The notes under the pieces: generated by a model
Told to the model about the DNA's origin: nothing
Database searches by the model: none
Seen by the model: the letters and a program-made list of their open reading frames with translations, nothing else
IMG/VR virus record: IMGVR_UViG_3300012346_000380
Coordinates: 128,001-192,000 of that record
Direction: 5' to 3' (one strand)
DNA from: a virus
Lineage: Duplodnaviria; Heunggongvirae; Uroviricota; Caudoviricetes
Length of the DNA: 64,000 nt
Translations under genes and position numbers: made by a program
Shown here: positions 19,735 through 30,109 of the stretch, piece after piece
Layout: the number at the start of each line of letters is the position of its first letter
How positions within the stretch are numbered: position 1 is the first letter of the stretch

Positions 19735-20655
19735 TTATTCTACATCAAAGAAAAATAATTGAAAAAATCTAGCATTCTCTATTTCATCGCCAAAATATTT
19801 AGTAGCTGCATGAATTCTTTTTGCATTAAAAAGAACTAATCTGTTATAGACATTGGCAACTTCATCCATCAATTCGTACTGTGTGCTATCATAAAAATTT
19901 AAATTAGTGCTAAGACCTTTAAATGTTTTATTAAATTCTTCTTGATCGTGCGTACCATCAAATATAGTAGCTCCTGTAAATTTTGATTTGTAAAATGCTG
20001 TACCTGTTTCTAACGGAGCATCTGGAGTTAAAAAAACCATAGCAGCGTAAGTTTGAGTATCTACGTGATAAACAATAGGATCTTGGGCTGTTGTGAATTG
20101 AAAAACACCATTTGCATAATTAGGATTATCCCAATTTATAATTTTACGACCTATTATCTTTTCGAACATTTCTTTCGTATCATGAAGATAGAATTTTTCT
20201 TTAGATCTTTGACCTTTATGATAATCAGATGGTTGAAACCCTAAAGAATTCATAGCAAATGATCTAATTAAATCTGGATTTTCATAAAAGTTGTCAACCA
20301 CTATAAGATCTTTGTGATCTCTGTTAAATTTAGAATAATAAACAATCCATTTTAAAATAGAACCTAAGACTATAATTTCTCCATTAACTTCTATAGATAA
20401 AATCGTTTCTTTTAAGTCAGTTGATATTCTAAATGAAATACCTAATTTAGAAGGATTATTGTATATGCCAAAATGATTATTTACGTCTGGTCTATTTGTT
20501 CTAATCACTGATAATTTTTCACCATCTAAATAATAATCTGTAATATCTGATTGTGAATTATAGATCCAGCCATTTATTTTGTATTCATCTCCAATTTTAT
20601 AAATTGAATCAAAATACCATCTAGTATCTGCATTTTGTGTAAGTTGATCGATCAT
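19735..20655 (-). CDS. 2OG-Fe(II) oxygenase-like protein (DUF6445-like C-terminal domain)
   Basis: IVVDNFYENPD, HVD, NRLVLF...H, R..Q.FF. Confidence 0.75.
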   Translation of the reverse strand: MIDQLTQNADTRWYFDSIYKIGDEYKINGWIYNSQSDITDYYLDGEKLSVIRTNRPDVNNHFGIYNNPSKLGISFRISTDLKETILSIEVNGEIIVLGSILKWIVYYSKFNRDHKDLIVVDNFYENPDLIRSFAMNSLGFQPSDYHKGQRSKEKFYLHDTKEMFEKIIGRKIINWDNPNYANGVFQFTTAQDPIVYHVDTQTYAAMVFLTPDAPLETGTAFYKSKFTGATIFDGTHDQEEFNKTFKGLSTNLNFYDSTQYELMDEVANVYNRLVLFNAKRIHAATKYFGDEIENARFFQLFFFDVE

Positions 20656-20689
20656 AGTTGTGTTATTTAATATCTTATTTATCTAAAAT

Positions 20690-20720
20690 AAAAAAGCTCG
20701 ACCTTTCGATCGAGCTTTTT
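20690..20720 (-). terminator. Intrinsic terminator (possibly bidirectional)
   Basis: AAAAAGCTCGA...TCGAGCTTTTT. Confidence 0.75.
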
Positions 20721-20758
20721 GAAAGGATTAAGCTTTATACTTAATCTATTCTGTTTGT

Positions 20759-22867
20759 TTATTTCTGTAATGAATCTACTTTAGCGTTTAAGTCTTTGAT
20801 AGCTTCAATTAATAAACCTACTAAGTTTCCGTAAGAAACACCTAACATTCCGTCAGCTTGTTCGTGAACAACTTCTGGAATAACTTCTTGCATTTCTTGT
20901 GCGATTACACCTATTTTTTTAGAATCGTCATCAGAATCTGTTCTATTGTAAGAAACACCTCTTAAAGCTAAAACTTTATTTAATGCATCTGCAATAGTTT
21001 CTACATTTTCTTTAACTCTTGCATCAGAATATGCTGTAATATCGCCGGACATAGTAAGGTTACCTGACATGTCGATTTGCAATCTATTTGCAGAAGCTGA
21101 CCAACCACCTAATCTAAGTACGTTGTCAGAATCTAAACCAAAGTTTACTGCATAATAACCTCCTCTGTGGAATGCCATCATAGCACCTGCGTTAGTTCCG
21201 TATGCTTGTAAAGCTGGGTTTGATCCAGAACCAGTTGCTTGATTACCACTGAATTGGTTAACACCAGTCCAAGTTTGTGAACTACCTAAAATAGTAGCTC
21301 CACTTGCACCTTGAGAACCTGTGTTACCTTGAGCACCAGTAGGTCCTTGTGGTCCTACTGCACCTTGAGCACCTTGAGAACCTGTGTTACCTTGAGCACC
21401 AGTAGCGCCTTGAGCACCTTGAGCACCCGTAGCACCTTGAGCACCTTGGAAACCTTGGAAACCTCTAGCACCTTGAGCACCATTTACGCCTGAAGTTCCT
21501 GAAGAACCACTTGAACCAGAAGTTCCTGCAGCACCTTGAGCTCCATTTACACCTGAAGTTCCTGAAGAACCGCTTGAACCAGAAGTTCCTGATACGCCTG
21601 AAGTTCCTGAAGAACCACTTGAACCAGAAGTTCCTGCAGCACCTTGAGCTCCATTTACACCTGAAGTTCCTGAAGAACCGCTTGAACCAGAAGTTCCTGA
21701 TACGCCTGAAGTTCCTGAAGAACCACTTGAACCAGAAGTTCCTGCAGCACCTTGAGCTCCATTTACACCTGAAGTTCCTGAAGAACCGCTTGAACCAGAA
21801 GTTCCTGATACGCCTGAAGTACCAGCTGTTCCGCTTGAGCCTGAAGAACCATTAGAACCTGAAGTTCCTGAAGTACCTGCAGTTCCTGAAGTACCTGCTG
21901 TACCGCTTGAACCTGATGTTCCAGCAGATCCTGAAGTACCTGCTGTTCCTGAAGTTCCAGCTGTTCCGCTTGAACCTGAAGAACCATTTGTTCCTGAAGA
22001 ACCATTAGTACCAGAAGTACCTGCTGTTCCTGAAGTACCAGCTGTACCAGAAGTACCTGCTGTTCCGCTTGAACCTGAAGAACCATTAGAACCTGAAGTT
22101 CCAGAAGTTCCTGCTGTTCCTGAAGTTCCAGCTGTTCCGCTTGAACCTGAAGAACCGTCTGTTCCTGAAGTTCCAGCTGTTCCGCTTGAACCAGAAGTTC
22201 CTGCTGTTCCTGAAGTTCCAGCTGTTCCGCTTGAACCTGAAGAACCGTCTGTTCCTGAAGTTCCAGCTGTTCCGCTTGAACCAGAAGTTCCTGCTGTTCC
22301 TGAAGTTCCAGCTGTTCCGCTTGAACCTGAAGAACCGTCTGTTCCTGAAGTTCCAGCTGTTCCGCTTGAACCAGAAGTTCCTGCTGTTCCTGAAGTTCCA
22401 GCTGTTCCGCTTGAACCTGAAGAACCATTTGTACCTGAAGTACCGTCTATACCTGAAGTTCCTGAAGTACCTGCAGTTCCTGAAGAACCATCAGTACCTG
22501 AAGTACCTGCTGTTCCTGAAGTTCCTGATGTACCAGCAGTTCCTGATGAACCGCTTGAACCGTTTGTTCCTGATGAACCTGATGTTCCTGATGAACCGTT
22601 TGAACCTGAAGTACCTGAAGTACCAGCAGTACCTGAAGTACCAGCCGTACCAGAAGAACCACTAGAACCGTTACTTCCATCAGTTCCACTAGAACCTGAA
22701 GTTCCAGCAGTACCTGAAGTACCGTTGATACCAGAAGAACCGTTAGAACCTGAAGTTCCTGCTGTTCCTGAAGTACCGTCCAAACCGTCAAAACCAGAAG
22801 TACCGTTTAAGCCATTACTACCTGAAGTTCCAGATGATCCGGCTGCTTTAATAATTGGTGTTGCCAT
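20759..22867 (-). CDS. Gly-X-Y (GTS/GSS/GAQ) repeat fibre with C-terminal peptidase-S74 chaperone
   Basis: About 500 aa of Gly-triplet repeats; [10 protein letters not shown]...IGVIAQE...LIEAIKDL. Confidence 0.85.
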   Translation of the reverse strand: MATPIIKAAGSSGTSGSNGLNGTSGFDGLDGTSGTAGTSGSNGSSGINGTSGTAGTSGSSGTDGSNGSSGSSGTAGTSGTAGTSGTSGSNGSSGTSGSSGTNGSSGSSGTAGTSGTSGTAGTSGTDGSSGTAGTSGTSGIDGTSGTNGSSGSSGTAGTSGTAGTSGSSGTAGTSGTDGSSGSSGTAGTSGTAGTSGSSGTAGTSGTDGSSGSSGTAGTSGTAGTSGSSGTAGTSGTDGSSGSSGTAGTSGTAGTSGTSGSNGSSGSSGTAGTSGTAGTSGTAGTSGTNGSSGTNGSSGSSGTAGTSGTAGTSGSAGTSGSSGTAGTSGTAGTSGTSGSNGSSGSSGTAGTSGVSGTSGSSGSSGTSGVNGAQGAAGTSGSSGSSGTSGVSGTSGSSGSSGTSGVNGAQGAAGTSGSSGSSGTSGVSGTSGSSGSSGTSGVNGAQGAAGTSGSSGSSGTSGVNGAQGARGFQGFQGAQGATGAQGAQGATGAQGNTGSQGAQGAVGPQGPTGAQGNTGSQGASGATILGSSQTWTGVNQFSGNQATGSGSNPALQAYGTNAGAMMAFHRGGYYAVNFGLDSDNVLRLGGWSASANRLQIDMSGNLTMSGDITAYSDARVKENVETIADALNKVLALRGVSYNRTDSDDDSKKIGVIAQEMQEVIPEVVHEQADGMLGVSYGNLVGLLIEAIKDLNAKVDSLQK
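21490..22430. repeat. Near-perfect internal tandem repeats in the fibre gene (about 3 x 108 bp and 3 x 90 bp)
   Basis: Identical 36-codon and 30-codon units, also visible in the alternative-frame ORFs. Confidence 0.85.
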
Positions 22868-22894
22868 TTTTTAATGTTTGTTTTTATTTTTTGA

Positions 22895-23647
22895 TTAAGC
22901 GTTTGTTGTTCTTTGATATTCAACGTCAATTTGATCTGTACCAGATAAATCAAAACCTGCAATATCACCATTCCAGTAAATTTCATCACCAGCTTCAATA
23001 TCTGCAGAAGCTTTAGCTGTTAAACCACCATCATTTGAGAAGTAAGCTTCAGCTGTTCTAACACCGTCACCTTCTAATACAGCAATACCGTTAATTAATA
23101 CGTTTACTGAACCATCTTTAAACGGTGTAAATTGCATTGATAAACCAGTAGGTTGATAATTACCAGAAGTTGGTAATGCAAGGATTGATTGTGTGATTGA
23201 AACGGGTACTTCGATAATTTGTTTTCCGATAGAAGGTCTCCAAGGAAGTACGTGAGCAATCGATGATGTTAATGCCTGTAAAACAGGGTTGCTTACATTG
23301 TAAGCATCGTTAGTTGTAAATTCAGCTGGAATACCTGTTCCTGATTCGTCTACTACGTAGTACGAACCTGGTGTTAAATCCCATGATGGAATTGTGATAG
23401 TACCAACTTGAACTCCAACAAATGTGTTTGTTGTTACACTCTCTACAACGATTCTACCTAAGGTCTCTTCTGTTGTAGCATCTGCTGGAACCCAAGAACC
23501 ATCAACATACGAAAGAATCATACCAGCTGTAAAGCCGTGAGAATTTTGTGTGTAAGACGATTTCAAAGAACCAGATGTAACAGCGACAGTTAATGCATCT
23601 AATATAGACTGTAAACCATCAACTTGTTTGATTTTAATCTGTGCCAT
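22895..23647 (-). CDS. Virion structural protein (fibre/head-decoration associated)
   Basis: MAQIKIKQV N-terminus; C-terminal domain shared with 29243..30094. Confidence 0.6.
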   Translation of the reverse strand: MAQIKIKQVDGLQSILDALTVAVTSGSLKSSYTQNSHGFTAGMILSYVDGSWVPADATTEETLGRIVVESVTTNTFVGVQVGTITIPSWDLTPGSYYVVDESGTGIPAEFTTNDAYNVSNPVLQALTSSIAHVLPWRPSIGKQIIEVPVSITQSILALPTSGNYQPTGLSMQFTPFKDGSVNVLINGIAVLEGDGVRTAEAYFSNDGGLTAKASADIEAGDEIYWNGDIAGFDLSGTDQIDVEYQRTTNA

Positions 23648-23751
23648 GAATTGTTTTTTATTTTTTGTTTTTGTTTACAAGACAGAGGTAATTACCTCTA
23701 TTTTTTTGTTAAAATATATATCATAAATATAAACGCTAATAGTGCAAATAC

Positions 23752-24345
23752 ATGAATAATAGTGCTACATTAAAAAAAATATTACGAGATTACAATTATC
23801 TATACGAATCTCTAATTGATGTCAAGGACATATCGTCTATTGCAGAAAGTGAATTTAGAAATGCAATGGTTGAGTCTGGTGACAACGAAGCTATGAAAGC
23901 ACTTATGCCTTCTAATAATCCTAGTGTTGAAACCCCAGAAATTAAAGAAGAAGAGCCAATTGAAAATCACAACGATGCTGTATTTAAAAAATTATTTAGA
24001 AAAATAGTTTTAAAGTGTCATCCTGATAAAATAAAAAGTGCTTCTGAAAAAGAAGCACAATTTTTAAAAGAATGTTATGAGAATGCTACAACAGCAAATA
24101 ACTCTTATGATTGGGGTTTATTGTTAAGAACTGCTAGTAACTTAGACTTGGACTTACAAGATATTAGTGAAGAGCAAATTCAAAATATAAAACTCAAAAA
24201 TGAAGATCTTAAAAAAGAAATTCAAAAGTACGAGTCATCTATGGCGTATCAGTGGTATACCAAAGATGATGAAAAAGCTAGACAGAAATTTTTAAGTATA
24301 TGTTTAGGCGTTTTTAAAAACAGTTTAAAAGATAAAAATTCTTAA
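23752..24345 (+). CDS. J-domain protein
   Basis: FKKLFRKIVLKCHPDK; the only plus-strand gene in this region. Confidence 0.75.
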   Translation: MNNSATLKKILRDYNYLYESLIDVKDISSIAESEFRNAMVESGDNEAMKALMPSNNPSVETPEIKEEEPIENHNDAVFKKLFRKIVLKCHPDKIKSASEKEAQFLKECYENATTANNSYDWGLLLRTASNLDLDLQDISEEQIQNIKLKNEDLKKEIQKYESSMAYQWYTKDDEKARQKFLSICLGVFKNSLKDKNS

Positions 24346-25229
24346 TAATCCCATTGACCAGTATAGTGACATCTCACGTAAGCTGGTACTGCATATACGA
24401 AACCGTTTTTATAGTCCATTCGTAATCTAGTGTTAAAATCCACGTCTTCACTGTGACCGACAGTATCTCTCCATTTTATATTAACGCTTTTCTTATGAGC
24501 TAATAACCATGGGCTTAAAACTATTAAATTGTCTTTTAATTTAGTTGCGGCCCATTTACTAGGTATACCTTCTATTCGTATAGCGCCTGATCTATCAAAA
24601 GAATCGAACACTGTTTCTTTCTCCCAATCAGCTTCTATGTTATCATACCAACTTCTGTTGATAAACCAGTCTGCGTCAGGCTTCATGTTATACGACGATA
24701 AAATACCTAAAGTGAATGTTGGTAATAAAAAATCGTCTGAATCCATATATGATACTACTTCACCTGTGGCCATTTCCAAACCTATTTGTCTTGGTAAACC
24801 TCTGTAGAATTTTTTATCTTCGCTGACATTGTCATACATTTTACCCACGCCTTTTTTATCAACGTAAGCTATTTTAATATTAGCATCGTGTTGATATTTT
24901 GCCAAGTATGTGTTAAATGTTAACATACATCCATCAGCTACTATAATCAATTCACAATTTTTGTAAATTTGATTTTTAAAACTTTCAATAGCTCTATTGA
25001 ATTTTTTAATAGAGTCTTCCCTAGATCCATTATATTCACCTAAATACGACTGCATCACTATTGAAATTTTAGGTTTTAAAATTTCAGATAATTCTCTTGG
25101 TGTATATGCTTCTATTGATGTAACTAAAGGTATCTTTTTGTTTTCACCATCCTTTTTTATGTTAGGTTTTGGAGAAGAACCATCTGAACCGTTGTTAAAT
25201 TGATTTAAAATATTAAGTATATCTGACAT
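24342..25229 (-). CDS. GT2 glycosyltransferase
   Basis: ELIIVADG, YMDSDD, SEDVDF. Confidence 0.85.
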   Translation of the reverse strand: MSDILNILNQFNNGSDGSSPKPNIKKDGENKKIPLVTSIEAYTPRELSEILKPKISIVMQSYLGEYNGSREDSIKKFNRAIESFKNQIYKNCELIIVADGCMLTFNTYLAKYQHDANIKIAYVDKKGVGKMYDNVSEDKKFYRGLPRQIGLEMATGEVVSYMDSDDFLLPTFTLGILSSYNMKPDADWFINRSWYDNIEADWEKETVFDSFDRSGAIRIEGIPSKWAATKLKDNLIVLSPWLLAHKKSVNIKWRDTVGHSEDVDFNTRLRMDYKNGFVYAVPAYVRCHYTGQWDY

Positions 25230-25231
25230 TA

Positions 25232-26416
25232 TTAAAAATATGTGTTTGTTTGCCAATCATATTTATGAGATAGATTGTGTTTGTTTGGTTCATATAAATT
25301 CTCTAAAAGCATTTTATACGTTTCTATTAACTTTTTATTTTCTATTGTATATCTCTTAAGTAATTCGTGATGTTTTTTATTATATTCAGCAGCATTTTGA
25401 TCATGATCTTCGATTGCAGTTTTAAGCATTTGTGAACCTATTTCTGCATTAAAATCTGGATAATAATAACCCATATCTTTTATCATGTCGGCATTATGTA
25501 CTAATGGAAAATTCAAATACAATGCGTCTAAATATGAATAATTAAGTGGATTTTCCCATTGATGTGATAATACTACTTCTGCACTTTCTGCCAAGTAATG
25601 AGAAACTGGGTATCTAGGCGTAAATTTAACTTTAGGCGTTCCATTTTTTACTATATCTAAATTAACAATCATAGATTTAAAGTAATCATTCTTCAATAAC
25701 TTTTCTCCACTAGCAATAAATAAAGTATCGAACTCTACATTATTTCTATAAGCTCTTTCAGTTATTAATATCGGTAACATTGCAAATTTAAGAACATTTA
25801 AATTTGGTTCAAATACTGAAATTCTTTTCTTAGCATTTTCAACACCTTCTTTATAAATAGGTGTTTTCTTTCCGTGTTTTATTTTATGTGCTATGTCTGA
25901 TTCTAAAAACATTGGATCCCAAACAAAAGGTACAGGAAATGTTTCAGCTTTAAAAATAGTTTCATAATAATAATGATTTTGATATTCTTGTTGAGGTACA
26001 TACCAAACTTGATCGGCACCTATATCCCACGCTGCTTTACCTAAATTTTTACCGTCTGTGAATAATGATCTTTCCATGTCTACTGTGTAATTATTTCCAC
26101 ACATGTATTTTACAACTCTTTTATTTGGTGAAATTGATTTAAAAGCTTTTAAAGATTCTTCTGGAAAAGAAGTTCCTAAAGTTATTAAAACATCAACTTC
26201 ATTGTGTGCTTTGTAAAAATCTTTAACTGGAAATTTATTAATATCCCACATTACTTTGGTTAAATCTTCTACCTTTCTAGAAGTATCTAAAATCCAAACG
26301 GTATTTCCTTCTATTTGACTTAACGCATTTGCTAAAAACAATGCATTTAATTTAATACCATTAACCCACAGAGATTCATACTCTTTGGTTAATCCGATAG
26401 TAATTCCTATAGTCAT
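25232..26416 (-). CDS. DUF2827-family protein (putative GT-B glycosyltransferase)
   Basis: IGITI...W.NGI..N, FEPN, SHQWENPLNY...PLVHN...GYYY. Confidence 0.75.
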   Translation of the reverse strand: MTIGITIGLTKEYESLWVNGIKLNALFLANALSQIEGNTVWILDTSRKVEDLTKVMWDINKFPVKDFYKAHNEVDVLITLGTSFPEESLKAFKSISPNKRVVKYMCGNNYTVDMERSLFTDGKNLGKAAWDIGADQVWYVPQQEYQNHYYYETIFKAETFPVPFVWDPMFLESDIAHKIKHGKKTPIYKEGVENAKKRISVFEPNLNVLKFAMLPILITERAYRNNVEFDTLFIASGEKLLKNDYFKSMIVNLDIVKNGTPKVKFTPRYPVSHYLAESAEVVLSHQWENPLNYSYLDALYLNFPLVHNADMIKDMGYYYPDFNAEIGSQMLKTAIEDHDQNAAEYNKKHHELLKRYTIENKKLIETYKMLLENLYEPNKHNLSHKYDWQTNTYF

Positions 26417-26450
26417 ATTTTAAATATTATTTTTCTTTCTGTATTTATCA

Positions 26451-26483
26451 AAAAAAGAAAGGAGACCTTGTGGGTCTCCTTTC
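26451..26483 (-). terminator. Intrinsic terminator
   Basis: Same GAAAGGAGACC/GGTCTCCTTTC stem as at 8141. Confidence 0.8.
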
Positions 26484-26507
26484 AGTATTATAACTAATAA
26501 GTTAAGA

Positions 26508-29111
26508 TTAAGCTTGAATACCTAATACTGTAACTTTATCAGTAGCTTCTAATTCGTAAGAAGAAACGATCTCGAAAGAGATACCGTCTGTAGTTGTAAA
26601 TTCAACTTTCAAACCGTTAACGAATACTTCTAAGTCGTTAGTTGAAGCGAATTTAACTCCTGCAGATAAAACGAAAGCTTTACCAGATACAATACCTGTA
26701 ACAGTTTGCTCTTTGTAAGTATCGCCAGCGATTCTTGCAGCTTCTTCATCACCTAAAGCAACTTCTAATGAATCGATAGAAGAATTGATTTCGATAACGT
26801 CAGCGTTAGTAGCAGAGATTTCTGCAGCTAAAGCAGTTTCTAATGAATCGATTGATCCGTTGATTGCAGTTACATCTGAGTTAGTTGCAACGATTTCAGC
26901 AGATAATGCTAATTCGATAGAATCGATAGAAGAATCAGTAGCTAAAGCGTAAGATGCGAATGCATTGTCGTTAGTTGTATCAACAGCGTTGATCAATGAA
27001 ACAACTTCAGCAAAAGTATCAGTGTCTGCAGATGCAGCTAATAAGATAGCGTCAATTCTACCTTTTTCAGTAGAGATTTTACCGTCTAATACACCTTCAG
27101 CAGCTTCAGCTCTAGAAGTTTCAGTAGAAACTTTAGTATCTAATGAACCTTCAGCAGCAATAGCTCTAGCTTTTTCAACTGAATCAGCAGCAGAAACAAC
27201 ACCTTCTAATGAAGTGAAGTCTGCGTTAGTAGCTGAGATTTCAGCAGTTAAAGCAACTTCTAATGAATCGATAGATGCATTTTGTGCAGTGTTTAACGCC
27301 TCGATTTGACCAGCTCTAGTATCAACTGATGCGAAATCAACATTAGTAGCAGAGATTTCTGCAGCTAAAGCAACTTCTAATGAATCAACAGAATCAACTA
27401 AGTTTCCAGATACAGCGCCTAATCTTGTGTCGATAGATGCAACTTCATTAACAACTTCAGTAGATAATGCAGATAAATCATTAGTTAATACTAATTCAGC
27501 ATCCATAGCTCTAGTTTCTTCGTCTGAAATTAAACCAGATAAAGTGTTGTAGTTGTTGTTAACTGTGATGTCTAAGTTAGAAATTTCAGTTGATAATTGA
27601 CCTTCAGCTAATTCAGCTCTGTTTTGCTCATCTGTTACTAAATCGTTAGCATAAGTTCTAGCGCTAGTGATTTCATTTGATAAATAATCGTAGTTATCAC
27701 CAACAACAGTGTTTACTGAACCAATTTTAGAATCTAAAGATCCTTCAGCATCTAATGCTCTTGTTTCTTCAGCATCTACGTCAGCTATTCTGTTTGTGAT
27801 TTCGGCAGCTAAAGCAACTTCTAATGAATCAACAGAATCAACTAAAGTACTACCAACTTGACCTAATCTTGTGTCAATAGATGATACATTACCTTCTAAT
27901 GAATCGATTGAACCGTTGATTACACCTTCAGCAGCTAATGCTCTAGAAGTTTCAGCAGAAACTTTAGTATCTAATGAACCTTCTGCAGCGATAGCTCTAG
28001 CTTTCTCGATAGAATCTTCAGCAGAAACTTTACCTTCTAATGAAGTAAAATCAGCGTTAGTAGCAGAGATTTCTGCAGCTAAAGCTGTTTCTAATGAATC
28101 AACTGAACCATTTAATACTGTAAATTTACCATCAGCAGTAGACATGTAGTTAACTAAATCTAAATCGTTAACAGAGTCAACAGAATTTAAATAAGTAATA
28201 ACTTCAGCGAACTGATCTAAATCAGCAGCAGAACCAGCTAAGATAGCGTCGATTCTTCCTTTTTCAGTGTTGATTTTACCGTCTAATAATCCTTCAGCAG
28301 CAGTAGCTCTAGAAGTTTCAGCAGAAACTTTAGTGTCTAAAGATGTTTCAGCAGCTGTGTGATGAGAATGCTCAGCAGCAATAGCTAAATCAACTGAAAC
28401 GAAATCAGCGTTAGTAGCAGAGATTTCAGCGGCTAAAGCAACTTCTAATGAATCAACAGAAGAAACTAAATCACCAGATACAGAACCTAATCTTGTATCG
28501 ATAGAAGATACGTTACCTTCTAATGAATCAATTGAATTGTTGATTGCACCTTCAGCAGCGAATGCTCTGTCGTATTCAGCAACGATTTCAGCAGATAAGT
28601 CACCTTCTACACCAGTAGCTCTAGTTACTTCAGCTTCGATGTTACCTTGTAAAGTACCTTCAGCAGCGAATGCTCTGTCGTATTCAGCAACGATTTCAGC
28701 AGATAATGCAGAGTCAACTGATTGAACTCTAGATTTCTCAGTAGAGAATTTACCTTCGATTGAAGTTACATCACCGTTTGTAGCAGAGATTTCAGCAGAT
28801 AAAGCTGCTTCTAATGAATCAATAGAGTTATTGATTACACCTTCAGCTTCAGAAGCTCTTTGCATTTCGTCAGAAGTGTACAACCTAGCATCATAGATTT
28901 CAGCAGACAATTGAATCTCTAATGAGTCAACTGAAGCAGTTAAATCAGTTGTACCAGCAGCTACTAATGATTCTAATGAATCGATAGAACCTTCAGCTAA
29001 ATCAAATCTAGCGTCAACGTCGAATGCGTTTACAATTTGTTTGTTTGTTACAGAATTCCAGTTAACAGTAGTTAAGAAATCCTGAATTTGTTTTGAACGA
29101 ATTTGTGCCAT
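26508..29111 (-). CDS. Long coiled-coil fibre protein with S[IV]DSLE repeats
   Basis: 867 aa Ala/Ser/Glu-rich repeats; strongly biased codon usage; small C-terminal beta domain (LEVFVNG). Confidence 0.7.
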   Translation of the reverse strand: MAQIRSKQIQDFLTTVNWNSVTNKQIVNAFDVDARFDLAEGSIDSLESLVAAGTTDLTASVDSLEIQLSAEIYDARLYTSDEMQRASEAEGVINNSIDSLEAALSAEISATNGDVTSIEGKFSTEKSRVQSVDSALSAEIVAEYDRAFAAEGTLQGNIEAEVTRATGVEGDLSAEIVAEYDRAFAAEGAINNSIDSLEGNVSSIDTRLGSVSGDLVSSVDSLEVALAAEISATNADFVSVDLAIAAEHSHHTAAETSLDTKVSAETSRATAAEGLLDGKINTEKGRIDAILAGSAADLDQFAEVITYLNSVDSVNDLDLVNYMSTADGKFTVLNGSVDSLETALAAEISATNADFTSLEGKVSAEDSIEKARAIAAEGSLDTKVSAETSRALAAEGVINGSIDSLEGNVSSIDTRLGQVGSTLVDSVDSLEVALAAEITNRIADVDAEETRALDAEGSLDSKIGSVNTVVGDNYDYLSNEITSARTYANDLVTDEQNRAELAEGQLSTEISNLDITVNNNYNTLSGLISDEETRAMDAELVLTNDLSALSTEVVNEVASIDTRLGAVSGNLVDSVDSLEVALAAEISATNVDFASVDTRAGQIEALNTAQNASIDSLEVALTAEISATNADFTSLEGVVSAADSVEKARAIAAEGSLDTKVSTETSRAEAAEGVLDGKISTEKGRIDAILLAASADTDTFAEVVSLINAVDTTNDNAFASYALATDSSIDSIELALSAEIVATNSDVTAINGSIDSLETALAAEISATNADVIEINSSIDSLEVALGDEEAARIAGDTYKEQTVTGIVSGKAFVLSAGVKFASTNDLEVFVNGLKVEFTTTDGISFEIVSSYELEATDKVTVLGIQA

Positions 29112-29242
29112 TTGATATGTTTTTTTTTATGGCAGATAAACTTTAGTGTCTATCAGTTATGTATATATTAAGGAAGGCTATCGAAATTGATAGCCTTTTA
29201 TATATTTTTTGAATAAAAATACAATATTATATTAGTAATAAA

Positions 29243-30094
29243 TTATAAGTCTAGATTAGATGCTTCATATTCGAAATCTATGTCATCTAATGGATCCAAT
29301 TCGTATCCTGCGTTAGCTCCATTCCAATATAAAATATCTCCAGCTTCAATATCTTTTGTTAATTTTGGTGTGATTCCACCGTCATTTGAAAAGTAACAAT
29401 CTTTAGTTAAAACACCATTACCTAAATTGACGCCAATTCCATTAATTTTAACTTCAACATTTGAATCTGCAAACGGTGTATATTCGATAGTAATTCCTGT
29501 AGATGATCCATTTCCATTAGTTCCTTCTGCGAAAACTTCAGCATCTAAATTTTGATCAAAATCAATATCTGTTTCGATACCTTCTTCATCGACTGAATAA
29601 TATTCAAATCTAGCTTTTATATCTTCGACCCAATAAGTTAATCCTGGAAATTGAGCCGATTGATTTGTGATACCTGCTAAAATTGGATTTCCGTCTTCAT
29701 CTAATTCAAAAATAGCGCCAGGTTGTTCTTCATCCGGATAATTGTTACCACTTTGAGAAGGATCTGATTTTAAATTATATAAATTTTCATCTTTTAATTT
29801 TAAAATAATATTACCATCATCAATAATTGCAACTATTTCCTCTATTAAAAAAGTTTTACCAGTTGGTTGAGCAAGCCAGTCGCCTACTTTAATATCATTA
29901 GCACTGTATATAAATGGCTCTCTTGTGTTTGCACCAGAGTGTGTTTGTATTTCTATAACAGCTTCTACTTGAAATGAAGTTGGATAACCAAAAAACACGT
30001 CAGTTTCATCGGTAATTGTATCTAATACTATTGATGTACCTGAAACTATTCTGGTTACTAAAAATCTAGTAGGTACTCTTGTTAAATGATTCAT
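29243..30094 (-). CDS. Virion structural protein
   Basis: C-terminal YFSNDGG...DIEAGD..YWNG domain shared with 22895..23647. Confidence 0.6.
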   Translation of the reverse strand: MNHLTRVPTRFLVTRIVSGTSIVLDTITDETDVFFGYPTSFQVEAVIEIQTHSGANTREPFIYSANDIKVGDWLAQPTGKTFLIEEIVAIIDDGNIILKLKDENLYNLKSDPSQSGNNYPDEEQPGAIFELDEDGNPILAGITNQSAQFPGLTYWVEDIKARFEYYSVDEEGIETDIDFDQNLDAEVFAEGTNGNGSSTGITIEYTPFADSNVEVKINGIGVNLGNGVLTKDCYFSNDGGITPKLTKDIEAGDILYWNGANAGYELDPLDDIDFEYEASNLDL

Positions 30095-30109
30095 TGTGTA
30101 ATTATTTTT

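Noticed and set aside
21311-22791. Long alternative-frame and antisense ORFs over the fibre repeats (also 30896-32187, 55605-58007)
   Set aside because: By-products of the Gly-X-Y codon periodicity; no independent coding signal
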